From Glaucostegus cemiculus (taxonomy: Eukaryota), in assembly GCA_976551045.1 (NCBI GenBank), contig CDPCPM010000044.1:4898001-4962000 (forward strand): 64,000 nucleotides of DNA, written 5' to 3'. Within the stretch, counting starts at the first letter, position 1. Each line of letters opens with the position of its first letter. Made by a program: the position numbers and the translations under genes. Positions 41,845 through 55,982 of this stretch are shown here, piece by piece. The notes under the pieces are model-generated. The model worked only from the letters and a program-made list of their open reading frames with translations. It did no database searches and was not told the origin of the DNA.

Positions 41845-42090
41845 ATTTTTTTTTATTTACAGCGTGGTAACAGGCCCTTTCGGCCCAACGAGTCCGCGCC
41901 GCCCATTTTAAACCCCCAAATTAACCTACCCGTACGTCATTTAGAATGTGTGAGGAAACCGGAGCACCCGGAGGAAACCCACGCAGACACGGGAGAACGT
42001 ACAAACTCCTTACAGTCAGCAACAGGAATCGAACCCCAATTGCTGGCACTGTAACAGCGTTGCGCTAACCGCTATGCTATCGTGCCGCCC
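41845..42090 (-). mobile_element. Young tRNA-derived SINE
   Basis: CpG-rich and little decayed; ggaatcgaaccc B-box complement, gcgctaaccgcta A-box region, CR1-type tail. Confidence 0.9.
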
Positions 42091-43227
42091 AATTTCTTCA
42101 GTGTTAAGCAACTGTAAAGTAATTATTTTTTCCTTGTGTGAAATACCACAACTACTATCTCCAGTTCATTTTGCATCACACTGAAAATTTTATTGGCCAC
42201 CTCTGGGCATGACATCTCTCTGTGCAACATTCCTTTTAGAGCATTGGAGGTGATGCAGTGCTGCACTGGGGTCCCAGGAAAGTCACATACCTCTCCGTTT
42301 CCCACCCCCACCCCCAACATCCCATCCTGCCCTGCATCCAGCCCATCACCCACTGATCTTCTTGCCTCAGCAACCACCCCAATCTACGGCCTCAGACCCC
42401 ACGATTTCCCAAGGCTTAGGCCATGAACCCTCAACCCTGTGGCTCTCCGCACTGCTGCCGTGACTCCATCACCTCCCACTCTGCTGTTCCCCTCAGCCCA
42501 CGACCCCCCCAAACCCCAGCACACAACTCTGTGATTTACTTCCCCTTATCCTGCAATTTCCCCTGGAGCCCTGGCCACATACTTCAACTGCCTGATCAAA
42601 CCAAAACATCTCCACAGGCCCATGATATCCCAGGTCCCCTTGCCCCACTCTCGACCATTGGCAGACTGCATTGCACCCTCTCATTGTAGCCACGACACAG
42701 ACCCAGACAGGACTATGAACATGAGTGAACTACTAACAGTGTCTTCTCCCAGCACAGCATCCCCAGCATTGAGGCTCTGGGTAGCTCCAATGGGCAGGGT
42801 GCATTGTCCACGTGCCGGACACCAGACACTTGAACCCAGCCTTGAAGCAGAGAACTGAGTAGCACAGAACCACACTCAAAAATCACCAGGAACCATTCAG
42901 TTGCACCTGAGGCTTTTTCTGTGCCACGTTAGAGAGCTTGCAGCAGGTGGTGTTGGTGATGGGTGACTCGCCACTACATCCCTTTTGACCAATGTCTCCC
43001 CCATCCGTGGTTCTGTGAACTCAGCAGGATTTCCAGGATTTCCATGATCACCATTGCAGCAACATCTAACTCTGCTTTCCCAGAAATGTTAGGACTACTG
43101 GCTTTGTACTCCTAAATCCGATTGGGAGACATGTTACACCACGTGAACGGATGAAATAGCGACATGTTATAGGGAAGTCAAATTCATGTAAATTGAGGTT
43201 ATTAATGGAAGTATTTGCCATTTCTTA

Positions 43228-45590
43228 GAGATAGAATATAGAACAGTACAGCACAGTACAGGCCCTTTGGCCCACAATGTTGTGCCAACGTATTTAAATC
43301 TGCTCAATCTAACACGTCCTTCCTACACAACCCATAACTCTCCATTTTTCTTACATCCATGTGCCTATCTAAGAGCCTTTTAAATGTTCGTATTGTATCA
43401 ACCTCTACCACCAACCCCTGGCAGTGCGTTCCAGGCACCCACCACTCTCTGTGTAAAAAAACTACCTCTGACGTCTCCCCTAAACTTTCCTCCATTTACC
43501 TTAAATGGATGTTCTCTAGTATTGGCCATTGTCGCCCTGATGAAAAGGTGCTGGCTGTCCACTCTGTCTATGCCCCTCATAATCTTATGCACCTCTATCA
43601 AGTCACCTTTCATCCTCCATTGCGCCAAAGAGAAAAGCCCTAGCTCACCCATCTTTCTTCGTAAGACATGTTCTCTAATCCAGGCAGCATCCTGGTAAAT
43701 CTCCTCTGCACCCTCCCTAAAGCTTCTACGTTCTTCCTATATTAAGGTGACCAGAACTGAACACAACACAACACTCCCAAGTGTGGTCAAACCAGAGTCT
43801 TATGGAGCTGCAACATTACCTTGTGGCTCTTGAACTCAATTCCCAACTAATGAAGGCCAGCACACTATACTCCTTCTTAACTATCCTATCAACTTGCATG
43901 GCAACCTTGAGGGATCTATCGACTTGTTCCCCAAGATCCCTGTGTTCCTCCACACTGTTAAGAATGCTGCCATTAACCTTGTACTCTGCCTTCGTATCAC
44001 TTCACACTTTTCTGGATTGAACTTCATCTGCCACTTCTCCACCCAACACTGCATCCTGTCAATATCCCATTGTAACCTACAACAATCTTTTACGCTATTC
44101 TCATCACCTCCAACCTTCGTGTCATCTGCAAACTTACTAACTCACCCCTCCATTTCCTCATCCAAGTTACTTATAAAGATTACAAAGAGCAGGGGTCTCA
44201 GAATAGATCTCTGTGGAACACCACTGGTCACTGACCTCCAGGCAGAATAGTCTCCATCTATTACCACCCTCTGCCTTCTGTGGGCAAGCCAATCACAAAT
44301 CCAAGTCTCCCTGGATCCCATGCCTCATGACTTTCTGGATGAGCCTACCATAGGGAACCTTGTCAAAAGCCTTACTAAAATCCATATACACCACATCCAT
44401 CACTCTTCCTTCATCAATTTGTTTTGTCACCTCCTCGAAAAACACAGGCTTGCGAGGCATGACCTGCCCCTCACAAAACCATGTTGACTATTCTTAATAA
44501 TACCATGCTTCTCCAAGTGCTTGTAAATCCTGTCCCTAAGAATCCCCTCCAATAGTTTGCCCACCACTGATGTAAGACTCACTGGTTTATAATTCCCAGG
44601 TTTATCCCTATTACATTTCTTGAACAACGGAACAACATTTGTCATCCTCCAGTCCTCTCGTACCACTCCTGTGCCAGGAAAGATGCAAAGATCGTCTTCA
44701 ATGCTCGAGCAATCTCTTCCCTCACTTCCTGTAGTACCCTGAGGTATATCGTGTCCAAGCCCGGGGACTTATCTACCCTAATGTTTTTTAGAAGCTCCAA
44801 CACTACCTCTTTTTTAACCTCGACATGCTCCAGCACATTATCCTGCTCTACACTGTTATTTTTGCACCTTTCCAAAATCTGCCTGCTTTCCTCATTGTCT
44901 CATTGGCTATTGGGGGGGGCTTATAGAATATCCAATAGAGTGATTGCTTCCTTCCTGTTTCTGACTTCCACCCACATTGACTCAGTAGATGATCCCTCCA
45001 CAATGTCCTCCCTTTCTGCAGATATGATACTATCCCTGATTAGCAAAGCTACTCCCACCCCTCCCCCTTTTTACCTCCCTCCCTATCCCTCTTGAAACAT
45101 CTAAACCCTGGAACATCAAGCAGCCAATCCTGCCCTTGTGACAGCCAAGTCTCTATAATGGCCACAACATCGTATTCCATGTACTGATCCGTGCTCTGTT
45201 CATTACCCTTATTCTTAATACTTCTTGCATTAAAGTAAATACATTTTAACCCATCCAACTGACTGTGTTTATGTCCTATCCACTGCCTATCCTTCCTCAC
45301 AGTCTCTCTGCACAGTGCTTCTACCTTTACATCAACTGCTCCATAGTCTGACCTAACACTCTGGTTTCCATCCCTCTGACAACCTAGTTTAAACTCTGCC
45401 CAATAGCTCTAGCAAACCTGCCCACAAGGACATTGATCCCTCTTGAGTTCAGGTGCAACCATCCTTCTTGTATGGGTCATACCTACCCCAGAAGAGATCC
45501 CAATGATCCACAAATCTGAAACCCTGCCCCCTGCGTTAACTCTTCAGCCACACATTTGTCTGCCATATCTTCCTATACTTACCCTCACAT
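43228..45590 (-). mobile_element. CR1 LINE (endonuclease, RT, 3' end; internally deleted and frameshifted)
   Basis: LKCIYFNARSIKNK, DVVAIIETWL, EDWRMTNVVPLFKK..PGNYKPVSLTSVVGKLLE, FFTQRVVGAWNALP. Confidence 0.95.
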
Positions 45591-47779
45591 CAGATATCTG
45601 ATGCAATGTAGGAAATAATTTGACAAAATTAAGGTGATTCTCTTTCTTATTTGAGAAGGAAATTGAATCTCAGGAGATTAGTGGGCTGGGATTTCCTGTA
45701 ATTTCCCATGCTGTATTGGTGATGTAACAGTGGAAATCATGGGAAAATAGGACCATCATCTGCACTCTTCCCACCTCATTGTTGTGCTGACTGCTGTCTT
45801 CCTGTTCACTGTGAAGATAGACCAACGGGCAAGTACAGGTGACCTCCCCCCTCCCCCCCCAACATTATGGCCTTTCGGGTAATGGGTAATGGAAATTTGC
45901 CCTTACAGAATTCATACATCACTGTCCAAAAATTTGAACTACAGAATACACTTCACCCTTAGAAAATTTATGTGAAAAAAGGTAAAGAAATAAACACAAA
46001 ATTAACTTCTTTTTCAACTCATGTTTCTTGATGCATGCACAGATGACATGGCCTTGCCTTATGGAAAGCCATGCTATGAACTGTTTTCTATAATATGGGA
46101 GTCACCTGTATAGCCTGGACTTTTTTATGGACTTTTCTTCTCATTCTATCAACTTACTGCTGCTCCCTGGTGCTGTGTGACCTCGGGGAGTGGTGAAAAT
46201 GGCACTAATGTCTCCTGTTAGAGAGAGAAAGAGAGAGAGATGTTATTGTAGAGACCTCTGCTTCCCTCTAAATGGGCCTCTAGTTATCCAGTGTAGCCCA
46301 GGTAAGAGCTATAAATCCTGCCAGATGTTTGTTTGGTGGATTCTTTAAATGAGCTAACTGATGTTCCAGTTTCACCCAGCCATATACCAAATGCTTCCGC
46401 TACTTCCAGTTGCAGGCTTCCCCTTGGAGATGTGAATACCAGTGGGGTCTGTCCCTGCTTACCTAGGTAGTACTGACCCAAGAATATGGTTTGGTATCAT
46501 AGTGGGATCGAAAGGGGGGGGGAAGAAGTCCAACCCTACCTTTGACTACTGGAAAGAGGGAAATCCTAGCTGCAGCATTGAAGGACTCAAACTGAGTTTG
46601 GGCTGTCTTTGCCTTAGCCTTGTAACTATTGCTTATATTTGGATCATTCTCAGAGATTAGTAGATCTTTGTATCTTAAGGGAATTGAGGGATGTAGGCCT
46701 TTATTTGCCTCCGAGACAAGAAACTGCTGCTTTGCACAAGTCTGATATGTGATGAAAAGTGCCACTTGAATTTCTGCGCATATGTTGACGTGGAAAGCAG
46801 AATAATCTCATTCCACTCAGATAAATATTAATGGTAATATATGTTGCACTTATAAAAGCATTGTACTGCACCTGAATTTCTCGGCATGTGAAGCCTCATG
46901 CTTGAACTTGAACCAGAAAATGTTGATTATGAGCACTTGGCAAATAACAAACTGACTAAAGAATAAACCACAGAGAAACAGCTACATCTGAGGACTGAAC
47001 ACATTTTTTTAAGAAATGGAATTAATGTAATAAAATTATATATATTGCTGTGTTTCTATCTGATTCTTTGTATAATGAAATCCTAATTTTGGCTTAGCCT
47101 CAAATAATGCAAAGAGCTGTAACCACAAAGAGAGAGAGAATAGTTTATTATGAAGCAGAATGTAAAGGTGCCTTGGTAACCTTGAGTGTATTACACACTG
47201 CAGGGAACCTAGAAGAAAAGAAGTATCACCTCAATTTAATGGTAAATAAAAGCATTTCTGAATCACAATGCAGTTAATTTAAAATAATTCTATGGGCGAA
47301 GGTTTCAATGAGCCATTGCGATTTATATTTGGACCAATTTTTTTTTTTACAGAACAACATTTGCAACTGTTGTCAATCAATTTTTCTTAACCATCTTATT
47401 TTTGAAGAGAAATAAGTGACTGTCAAAAATTTCAGAATTCTATGTATTCATTTTATGTGATTTTGTTGCAGGTCAAAAAAATTGGTGTTATTTCTGCATC
47501 AAAATGATGATAAATTAAGTCCTGTACTTAAACATTTGTGAATTAGATTTAAAGTTGCAATCTATTCATCTTACTCCAATAATAACTGCAAATTAAATGA
47601 ATCATGTAGAAAATACAGGCTCTTCATATTGCAGAGGTAGCACTCTGCAGCACCAGTTAAAAGGCTGTGGGCTGTGATCGCATATGGCTTGGTGTGCTTG
47701 TTATGCTTCAGGTCATATGATGAAAGTGAACAGATTCGATGTTCTATTTGAAGATTTCTGCCTTATTTTGTCATTGAGC

Positions 47780-49430
47780 ACAAGAGCAAGTTAGGGATGC
47801 TCTGAAATATAGGGGAGGGGTAGAAAATCCTGGCTGGCTTTATCCAGAGCACAGTCACAAACCAAGAGCACTATTTCAGGAAGGGGAGAGTGTGAATGTT
47901 GGGGAGTGGGCTTGCAGGGACTTAGGAGAAGTTGATAAGCAGCTTGTGCAGACAGTGGCCCTCTCCAATACATACTAGCTCTGAGAACAGGGGGAAGGAA
48001 TGCAGGGATGACAGTAACAATTGAGCCCATAGCAACGCAGCTTAAAGACTGGCCAGGAAGGCAGAGAGTAGAACAGAAGCAAGGTGGTGATACAGCTGTA
48101 CCATTACAGGGTTAGATGGCATCCTCTGCAGCCACAAGGAAGAGTACTGTGCCAAGGAAAGGGCATCTTGAGGAGACTGGAGAGGAACTAGTAATGAAGA
48201 ATTCTATTATTGGTGTCTTTGTTGGAGCAAACAAGATGGTTATAACAGGAAGGAGGTCCTGGTGAATTTGGCAGACGATAAACGGAAAAGCAGGATCTTC
48301 GGCGCCAAAAGCAATTGACATAGAAAAAGCTGGATCAGAAGTAACACATAGCTAAAGGGCAGATGTAGGAAAGGTGGGTTTCTCTTCAGGGGATACTGGT
48401 ATCAGGAAGGAGCCAAATTTATAAGATGGGCTTTGTTTGAACTGGATTGGGCCCAATATCAGGTGAAAAGGTTAAGTAGGGAGGAGTCAATGACGTTAAT
48501 CTAGAAAGATGGGGTAGGTATTTCAGAATCAGAATCAGTTTTATTGTCACAACCATATACATACATAGTATGCATAGGAGCGAGATACCGTCCTCCTCAG
48601 GTGCTCGTCCCATAAAAATAACATAACAACCAACAGAGACACACATACACACTTGGCAGAATACACAGTACAAAACATTACATATTAGAAGCTATGGAGG
48701 TTAAAATTAAATTATTACGCAGATTAAATTAAAAATGGCCAGTAAATAAATAAATAGTTCTTAAAGTGAACGGGCTGGAGTCGGGCATTTAAAGTGCTGG
48801 TGCATTTCTGTGCACCTAGCATCTCTTAGTGTTAACAAAGGAAGATGGAGGGATGAGAGAGTTTGCAGTTCTGATGGCTTGCGGAAAGAAGCTATTGTTC
48901 AGCCTGGTCGTTCTTGCCCTGATACATTTAAGCCTCCTCCCTGGTGGCAAAATTGTGAAGAGGTGGTGGGAGGGGTGAGAAGGGTCGGCCATTATGCTTT
49001 TGGTCTTCCTCACACAATGGTCTATAAATTCATTTTTAGATTTATAAATCTAAAAATGAATGGAATAAGAAAGGAGAGTCTATGAGAAACAAAAATAAGG
49101 AAAATTAGCATTGGTCAAAGAATAAAGTGTTAAGAATACAAAAATATGTTTAAATATAATTTAAAAAGAACTGCAATTTTAAAAGTACAGCAATATGCAC
49201 AGTGCCAATATCAAACAAATAAGCAATACTATGTTATAAGGAAGCTCATATGGTGAAGATTACTGAGACGTGGCTACAGAAAAAAATCAGGTCTGGGGAT
49301 TAAACGTACCAGAGTAGCTTTACTCTGGTACGTTTATGTAATAAGGATTACATAAAGGCTTTGGAGAAAATAATTTGGCATCAATAAGACAGAAATAGAA
49401 TTCATATGGTTGGAAATAAAAGATAATTGC
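47780..49430 (+). mobile_element. Old CR1 5'/endonuclease relic interrupted by Rex1
   Basis: Degenerate ORF1-esterase-like segment and ITETWLQ..WGLNVP endonuclease motif near 49260. Confidence 0.45.
48523..49015 (-). mobile_element. Rex1/Babar LINE 3' end
   Basis: SIMADPSHPSHHLFTILPPGRRLKCIRARTTRLNNSFFPQAIR plus (tcagaa)n tail. Confidence 0.9.
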
Positions 49431-51099
49431 CTGGAAATTAGATTGGTTAATGTTTTTTTTTCAGCACTATCTGATTAAAAATTGATTTAGCTGAGAATGA
49501 AGTGCGCTTGCATCCATTTCTGAGTTGAATAACATGTAATCATTTGATATAATTGGACACTTCCTGTCCTGAGTCACCCTTGCAAATGTTACCCATGCGT
49601 TTTCTGTATCATTATTCTTATGGAGCCATACATACCTGGCTTCTTATGGAGCACTGCAGGGAACTTGTTGTCCAAGGCAATCCATCATCAGACACTCCCA
49701 GGACAATCTGATCTCAATACCACAGAACTGACCAAGGAAACCTGCTGGTAAGTGAACAACTTACCTAAATACTCAGGCCACCCCCATCTCTAAACTACCT
49801 TGCAACCCCATTGCCCAAACTTATGATACCCCCACATGTTGCCGCTGTTGATTTCTGCCCCACACATCTTGATGCCAACCTCCAATCCTGATCTCCTAGC
49901 CTCAAACATAATCCTTTTCTCTTGATTCTGCTCTGCGATGTCTCCTCCATCTAAACCCCATCTGCAGCCCACCTTTCCCATCACTGCTGGCTGGCTTCCT
50001 TGATCCCCAGCCACTGGGCTCCAATCCCACTCTGATTCCCTTCCCAGTCATGAACTACCCAGCCATCCATTGCTGGGATCCAATTCCCACCCCCATTTCC
50101 TCCTGATTCATAAGCTAAGCTCCAATTCCCACCCAAATTATCTCAGTGATTCCTAACCACCCACTCAGAAACTGGGCTCCAATTCCCCTTCACACCAACT
50201 GGGCCTCTGGCCAATCTTCCAGCTGGCTGAGGGAGGAAAGTACCAAGTCACACATTCTCAAACTTGACAATGTAAAGTGCCTTTTGTTTTTGCACAACTG
50301 AATTTTAATGCAGTGGGACATCCATTGCGTGAACAATATTCCATTCCCTCCTTTAGTGGTTCTGCAATTTCAACACAAATGAAGGAACAATCACACCAAT
50401 AGGAGTAATCTACAGACCATCTAACAGTAGAAGGGGAAGTGGAGGAAGAAGTGTGTCCAAAGTAGGGAAATGGGTTTAAAAAGGACTTGTTGAATCTAAT
50501 TAAACAGAATGGATAAAGGAATGGAATTCCTACTATCTGCATAGGACACCTTTGTAACCTGGTGTGTGTAAGTCACAACAAGGAAGAATTCTGCAAATGC
50601 TCCAGGAATGGTGAATAAACAATGGCACACAAGAGTATTGAAACATTCAGGTAATGGTGAAAAATATATGGATCACTGCAAAGCAATAGTTGAGAATGAT
50701 ATAAAGATGAACAAGACCAGAGTCATGGATTGGAGAAAACCTAGTTCTGAGAATCTAAGCTGGGAAAACAAAATGAGCAACAATTTTGGCAAACAGTAAT
50801 GAGAAAACAATTTTCAACAGACCAAGGAAAGATATATCTTGCTGAATATCCAGAACAACAGAGGAGAGTGTGACGAAGGGAAATAGTTCATTAAACGATT
50901 TGGATAACAGATTAATCACAAAATTATCATGGAACATTAAGCAAAACAGTAAAATTCTTACAGATCCATTTACTAAAATAAACAATTTAACTTGGGAACA
51001 GAGCCACTTAGGAATGTTCAGGATAACTCACAGGAGTTGTGAAGTGGCAGAAATATTAAATATTTCATTTGTATTCAACCTTGAAGACAGATCAGGTGG

Positions 51100-53063
51100 A
51101 CATAACATCATAAGATAAGAGTGGAAAAGATGTATCATGTCCAGGAAATTATAGACTACTCTGGAAGAGTACAAGGCTAAAAGGAAGGAACTTAAGAAAG
51201 AGATTAGAAGAGCCAGAAGGGAACATGAGAAGGCCTTGACGGGCAGGATTAAGGAAAACCCCAAGACGTTCTACAAGTATGTGAAGGGTAAGAGGATGAG
51301 TGTGAAAGGACAGGGCCTATCAAGTGCGAAAGAGGGAAAGTGTTTATGTACCTGGAAGAAATAGCGGAGGTACTTAATGAATACTTTACGTCAGTATTCA
51401 CTACGGAAAAGGATCTGGGGGATTGTAGTGGGGGCTTGCAGTGGCCTGAAAAGTTTGAGAGTGTTGATATAAGAAAAGAGGTGGTGCAGAAACTTTTGGA
51501 AAGTCACCGGGACCAGATGAGATATACCCCAGTTTGCTGTGGGAGGTAAGGGAGGAGATTGTGGAGCCTCTGACGATGATCTTTGTGTCGTCAATGGAGA
51601 TGGGAGAGGTTCCGGAAGATTGGAGGGTTGCAGATGTTGTTCTCTTATTCAAGAAGGGGAGTAGGGATAGCCTGGGGAATTATAGACCAGTGAGTCTTAG
51701 CTCAGTGGTTGGTAAGCTGATGGAGAGGATCCTGAGAGGCAGGATTTTTGAACATTTGGAGAGGTTTAGTATGATTAGGAATAGTCAGCATGGCTTTGTC
51801 AAGGGCAGGTCCTGTCTTACGAGCCTGATTGAATTTTTTGACAATGTGACTAAGCACATTGATGAATGGAGAGCAGTAGGTGTAATGTTCATGGATTTCA
51901 GCAAGGCGTTTGATAAGGTGCCCCACGCGAGGTTTATGGAGAAGGTGAGGAGACATGGGAGCCAAGGGGAGATTGTGGTGTGGATCCAGAACTGGCTGGC
52001 CCACAGATGGCAAAGAGTGGTTGTTGAAGGGTTGTATTCTGAGTGGAGGTTGGTGACCAGTGGAGTACCTCAGGGATCTGTACTGGGACCCTTGCTCTCT
52101 GATTTTTATAATTGACCTGGATGAGGAATTGGAAGAGTGGGTTAGTAAGTTTGCAGATGACATGAAGGTTGGGGGTGTTGTGGATAGTTTGGAGGGCTGT
52201 CAGAGGTTACAGAGGGACATAGATAGGATGCAAAGTTGGGCTGAGAATTGGCAGATGCAGTTAAACCCAGATAAGTGTGAAGTGGTTCATTTTGGTAGGT
52301 CAAATATGATGGCAGAATATAGTATTAATGGTAGGACTCTTGGCAGCGTGGAGGATCAGAGGGATCTTGGGGTCCAAGTCCATAGGACGCTCAAGGCGGC
52401 TGCGCAGGTTGACTCTGTGGTTAAGAAGGCATATGGTGTATTGTCCTTCATCAATCGCGGGATTGAATTTAGGAGCCGAGAGGTATTGCTTCAGTTATAT
52501 AGATCCCTGGTCAGACCCCACTTGGAGTATTGTGCTCAGTTCTGGTCTCCTCACTACAGGAAAGATGTGGAAACCATAGAGATGGTGCAGAGGAGGTTTA
52601 CAATGCTGCCTGGAATGCGGAGCATGCCTTATGAAAGCAGGTTGCGGGAACTCGGCCTTTTCTCCTTGGAGAGATGGAGGATTGGGGGGAGGGGGGACCT
52701 GATAGAAGTATATAAGATGATGAGAGGTATTGATTGGGTAGGTAGTGAGAGGCTTTTCCCCAGGGCTGAAATGCTGGTTTAAGAGGACATAGGTTTAAGG
52801 TGCTGGGGAGTAGATATAGAGGAGATGTCAGGGGTAAGTTTTTTACTCAGAGAGTGGTGAGTGCATGGAATGGACTGCCAAAAACAGTGGTGGAGGCGGA
52901 TACGATAGGGTCTTTCAAGAGACTGTTAGATAGGTACATGGAGCTAAGTAAAATAGAGGGCTATGGGTAAGCCTATTAATTTCTAGTATAGGGACATGTT
53001 TGGCACAGCTTTGTGGGCTGAAGGGCCTGAATTGTGCTGTAGTTTTTCTATGTTCTATGTTCT
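51100..53063 (+). mobile_element. Young CR1 LINE (RT domain, frameshifted), nested in older CR1 pieces (about 50385-51090 and 53065-53395)
   Basis: EDWRVADVVLLFKKGSR..GNYRPVSLSSVVGKLME, DFSKAFDKVPH, SGVPQGSVLGP, SKFADD, LVRPHLEYCAQFWSP; (ttctatg)n tail. Confidence 0.97.
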
Positions 53064-53641
53064 AATTGGCTGGAAAAATTATTGCAATCTTCTCAAAAGA
53101 GTGAGTAGAAAATCATCTAAAAGCAAAAAATATAATGAAGAATAGGAAACATGAATTCTTGCTTGACCAAATTCTCTGAAATTCTTCGACAAGGTAATAA
53201 AATGATTAGTCGTGCTTGATACTGTATGCGTAATTAATCAATGTTTTCAGAAGGCCTTCAGTAAGCTACCATTATAGTAAAATAATCAATAAGGTCAGAG
53301 CAAGTGGACTTAAGGGGTTAAGTTGCAGAATGGATAGCTAACTGGCTTCAAAACAGAAAGCAGAGAAAAGGACTAAAGGGTTGCTCTTCCAAGTACAGCA
53401 CCAGGTAACATCCAACGTTGAGTTGACACATCAAAGGCAGTGATGGTGTCACAGCAGTCCAGACAAGGATAATCACAACCCGATCCAATCAGTTAACCCC
53501 AACCTTCAATCATATCATATTAGATTTAGGACTGATTTAAGAAAATTGAACCCGAGGAGATTCATTCCTAAAGTCCCAGAATGTTGCAGATGAACACAAT
53601 GGCTGGGAGGTGCATCATTTCGTACCATAATTACTTATATA

Positions 53642-54522
53642 CAGTGGCATGCAAAAGTTTGGGCACCTCTGGTCAAAATTTCTGTTACTGTGACCAGCTA
53701 AGTGAGTAAAAAATAACCTGATTTCCAAAAGGCATAAAGTTAAAGATGACATATTTCTTTAATATTTTAAGCAAGATTACTTCTTTATTTCTATCTTTTA
53801 CAGTTTCAAGATAACAAAAAAGGAAAAGGGCCTGAAGCAAAAGTTTGAGCACCCTGCATGGTCAGTACTTAGTAACACCCTTTTGGCAATATCATAGCTT
53901 GTAAACACTTTCTGTCGCCAGCGAAGAGTCTTTCAATTCTTGTTTGGGGGATTTTCACCCATTCTTCCTTGCAAAAAGCTTCTCGTTCTGTGAGATTCTT
54001 GGGCAGTCTTGCATGCACTGCTCTTTTGAGGTCTATCCACAGATTTTCAATGATCTTTAGGTCGGGGGACTGTGAGGGCCTTGGCAAAACCTTCAGCTTG
54101 TGCCTCTTGAGGTAGTCCATTGTGGATTTTGTGGTGTGTTTAGGATCGTTAGCCTGTTGTAGAAGCCATCCTCTTTTCACCTTCAGCTTTTTTTTACAGA
54201 CAGTGTAATGTTTGCTTCCAGAATTTGCTGGTATTTAATTGAATTTATTCTTCCCTCTACCGGTGAAATATCCCCCATGCCACTGGCTGCAACACAAGCC
54301 CAAAGCATGATGGATCCACCCCTGTGCTTAACAGTTGGAGAGGTGTTCTTTTCATGAAATTCTGCACCCTTTTTTCTCCAATCATACCTTTGCTCATTGC
54401 GGCCAAAAAGTTCTATTTTAACTTCATCAGTCCACAGGACTTGTTTCCAAAATGCATCAGGCTTGTTTAGATGTTCCTTTGAAAACCTCTGACATTCAGT
54501 TTTGTGGTGAGGACACAGGAAA
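53642..54522 (-). mobile_element. Tc1-family DNA transposon, 5'-truncated, inactive
   Basis: TA then CAGTGGCATGCAAAAGTTTGGGCACC terminus, inner direct repeat gcaaaagtttgagcacc near 53837; transposase motifs WTDEVKIELFG, GGSIMLWAC, QQANDPKH, SPDLKIIENLW; frameshift near 54185. Confidence 0.95.
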
Positions 54523-55842
54523 GTTTGGAGTGACCTAGGCTTGGACTCCCAGGCAAGTCCTGTCGAGGTAATATGGGTTGATTTGAGACCAAGGTCATTG
54601 GAGCTCAATGTTGGCAAATGTTGTCTCTATGCCACCCTCTGATCTGTCACTGCATCAGGCCTGACGGAGGCAGATACTAGACTTCCACTGCAGTTACTGA
54701 TTTATACATAGTTGCCAACTTTAGGAATTTGATATGAAATGGGTTAAAACAATATTTTTTCAACATAATTCAATAATTGTGAATTATAATTTGCTTGAAA
54801 AGCCTGCTTATTTTATCGGAATTATGTAATTGAGTTGGTTTCTCCAATTTAGTGACTGGCATCCAATATTTTCTGTTGATAATGAATCCCTGATTTATCT
54901 ATCCAGTACCAGTAAGTGAACACTGTGAGTTGACTGTGTGGAAAACTGGCTGCGCGGATACCTGATCAGATTTCCTGTCCCTCAGAGCAGGTGGACATTG
55001 TACATAGGGAGAGGAAATTCAGCTCCAAGATGGCATATACCAACAAGCGTTCTAACCTCAGTGCTGATATACTTTTTGTCCTTTTGATGATTTAGATTTT
55101 TCAAGGCTATCTATCACTATTTTGAGCTCTATGCTAGATACTTAGACGGACTTACCTGTCCATCCCCTATGTGAACTACACAATTATGATTGTCATGGAT
55201 ACATTTCTATCCATTTTCTGGATAAGGGAAAGAAAGATCCAGGGATAGCAGCAGAGAACATTACCCTTTACTGGAATGCATTGCATACAGCATACAACTT
55301 CTCAAAGGACAGATAAACACCGTGTGGAGTCGATTCACAGATTTCAAACCAATTAGTGGCTTCTGTATTTAGAAGGTATGAATGAACAGTTTTGTTAAAT
55401 GCAAATTGGAATCTATATTTCCCTATGCTGCTCAACAAATGAAAACAAAAAAGACATACTTGGCTTCCTCTCTAAAGATAGGATCAAATCTTTTGGGGTT
55501 TGCAGCTGTCTTCTTCAATCACACATTTACTGACAACAACCTTGGATGTGCCTGACTCTACTTATGAAACTACTCATTATTACAGGTGGTGATGGTGCTT
55601 TATAAGTACATTTCCTGCCTTTTTGTTCAGTGTCTCTAACACAAAAACTGCACCCTTACACAGTGAGATGAAGGACTGTTAATCATGGAGTTCCTGTCAG
55701 CTGAGAACCTACCCCTCTCCTCAAGGATTCGTTGGTTGTGAATCAAAGTCATTACCCTTGCATTGACCCTCTTCCTTGACAGGTTACTAGGAGACCTTCA
55801 GGGTCAGATTGCTGTTCCTCCCCTGCCCCTCCCAACTCTTTT

Positions 55843-55951
55843 ACACACACACAAACACACATACCACAGACACACACAAAAATGCACACACATATCACAT
55901 ATGCATGCAGACACCACAGACAGACAGACACACAGACACACAGACACACAG

Positions 55952-55980
<29 letters not shown>
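55843..55980 (+). repeat. Compound (CA)n/(CAGA)n microsatellite
   Basis: Directly visible. Confidence 0.95.

Positions 55981-55982
<2 letters not shown>

Noticed and set aside
46463-46765. 100-aa minus ORF with an apparent acceptor
   Set aside because: The acceptor lies in a CR1-tail-like remnant and the peptide has no recognisable homology.
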